Positions 26,742 through 26,750 of a stretch of 26,750 nucleotides of DNA are shown here, one piece after another. The position numbers and the translations under genes were made by a program. The notes beneath the pieces are model-generated. The model worked only from the letters and a program-made list of their open reading frames with translations, ran no database searches and was not told the DNA's origin. This DNA comes from a virus: the UHGV virus genome UHGV-1449992; one strand, given 5' to 3'. The stretch's first letter is position 1, and each line of letters starts with the position of its first letter.

Positions 26742-26750
26742 AGACCGGAG

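Larger units (their letters stand above)
1..26750. mobile_element. Prophage / temperate siphovirus late region (HK97-type head module plus lambda-like tail module); both ends of the element lie outside the window
   Basis: Contiguous co-oriented order terminase small/large, portal, protease, capsid, connector, major tail, G/T, tape measure, distal tail, tip, fibres, all recognisable from the translations. Confidence 0.9.

Noticed and set aside
1-26750. Integrase, attachment site, lysis or immunity genes
   Set aside because: None recognisable in this window; the window covers only the structural late region, so the prophage boundaries cannot be placed.

Overview
This window is the late (virion structural) region of a temperate siphovirus or prophage in an enterobacterial-type background, with almost all genes on the + strand. 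It has four parts. (1) An HK97-type head module: tail of an upstream ORF, a candidate cos/packaging region, P27-family small terminase, large terminase, portal, prohead protease, major capsid protein and head-tail joining proteins. (2) A lambda-like tail module: major tail protein with a C-terminal Ig-like domain, a G/G-T chaperone pair with -1 frameshift geometry, tape measure, two small distal tail proteins, an NlpC/P60-like protein and a J-like tip protein. (3) A three-gene accessory (moron) cassette inserted between G-T and the tape measure gene, flanked by a duplicated 3' end of gene T; one of its genes is strongly AT-rich. (4) Two large convergent tail fibre/spike genes (18995..22555 + and 22615..26694 -) that share a conserved N-terminal anchor domain and a near-identical leader. 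Each leader carries the same 26-bp near-palindrome resembling Hin/Gin/Cin/Pin invertase crossover sites, in inverted orientation. This is the most interesting candidate: an invertible whole-gene receptor-binding-protein switch, with the recombinase not visible in the window. All protein family calls come from reading the translations by eye; no database search was run.
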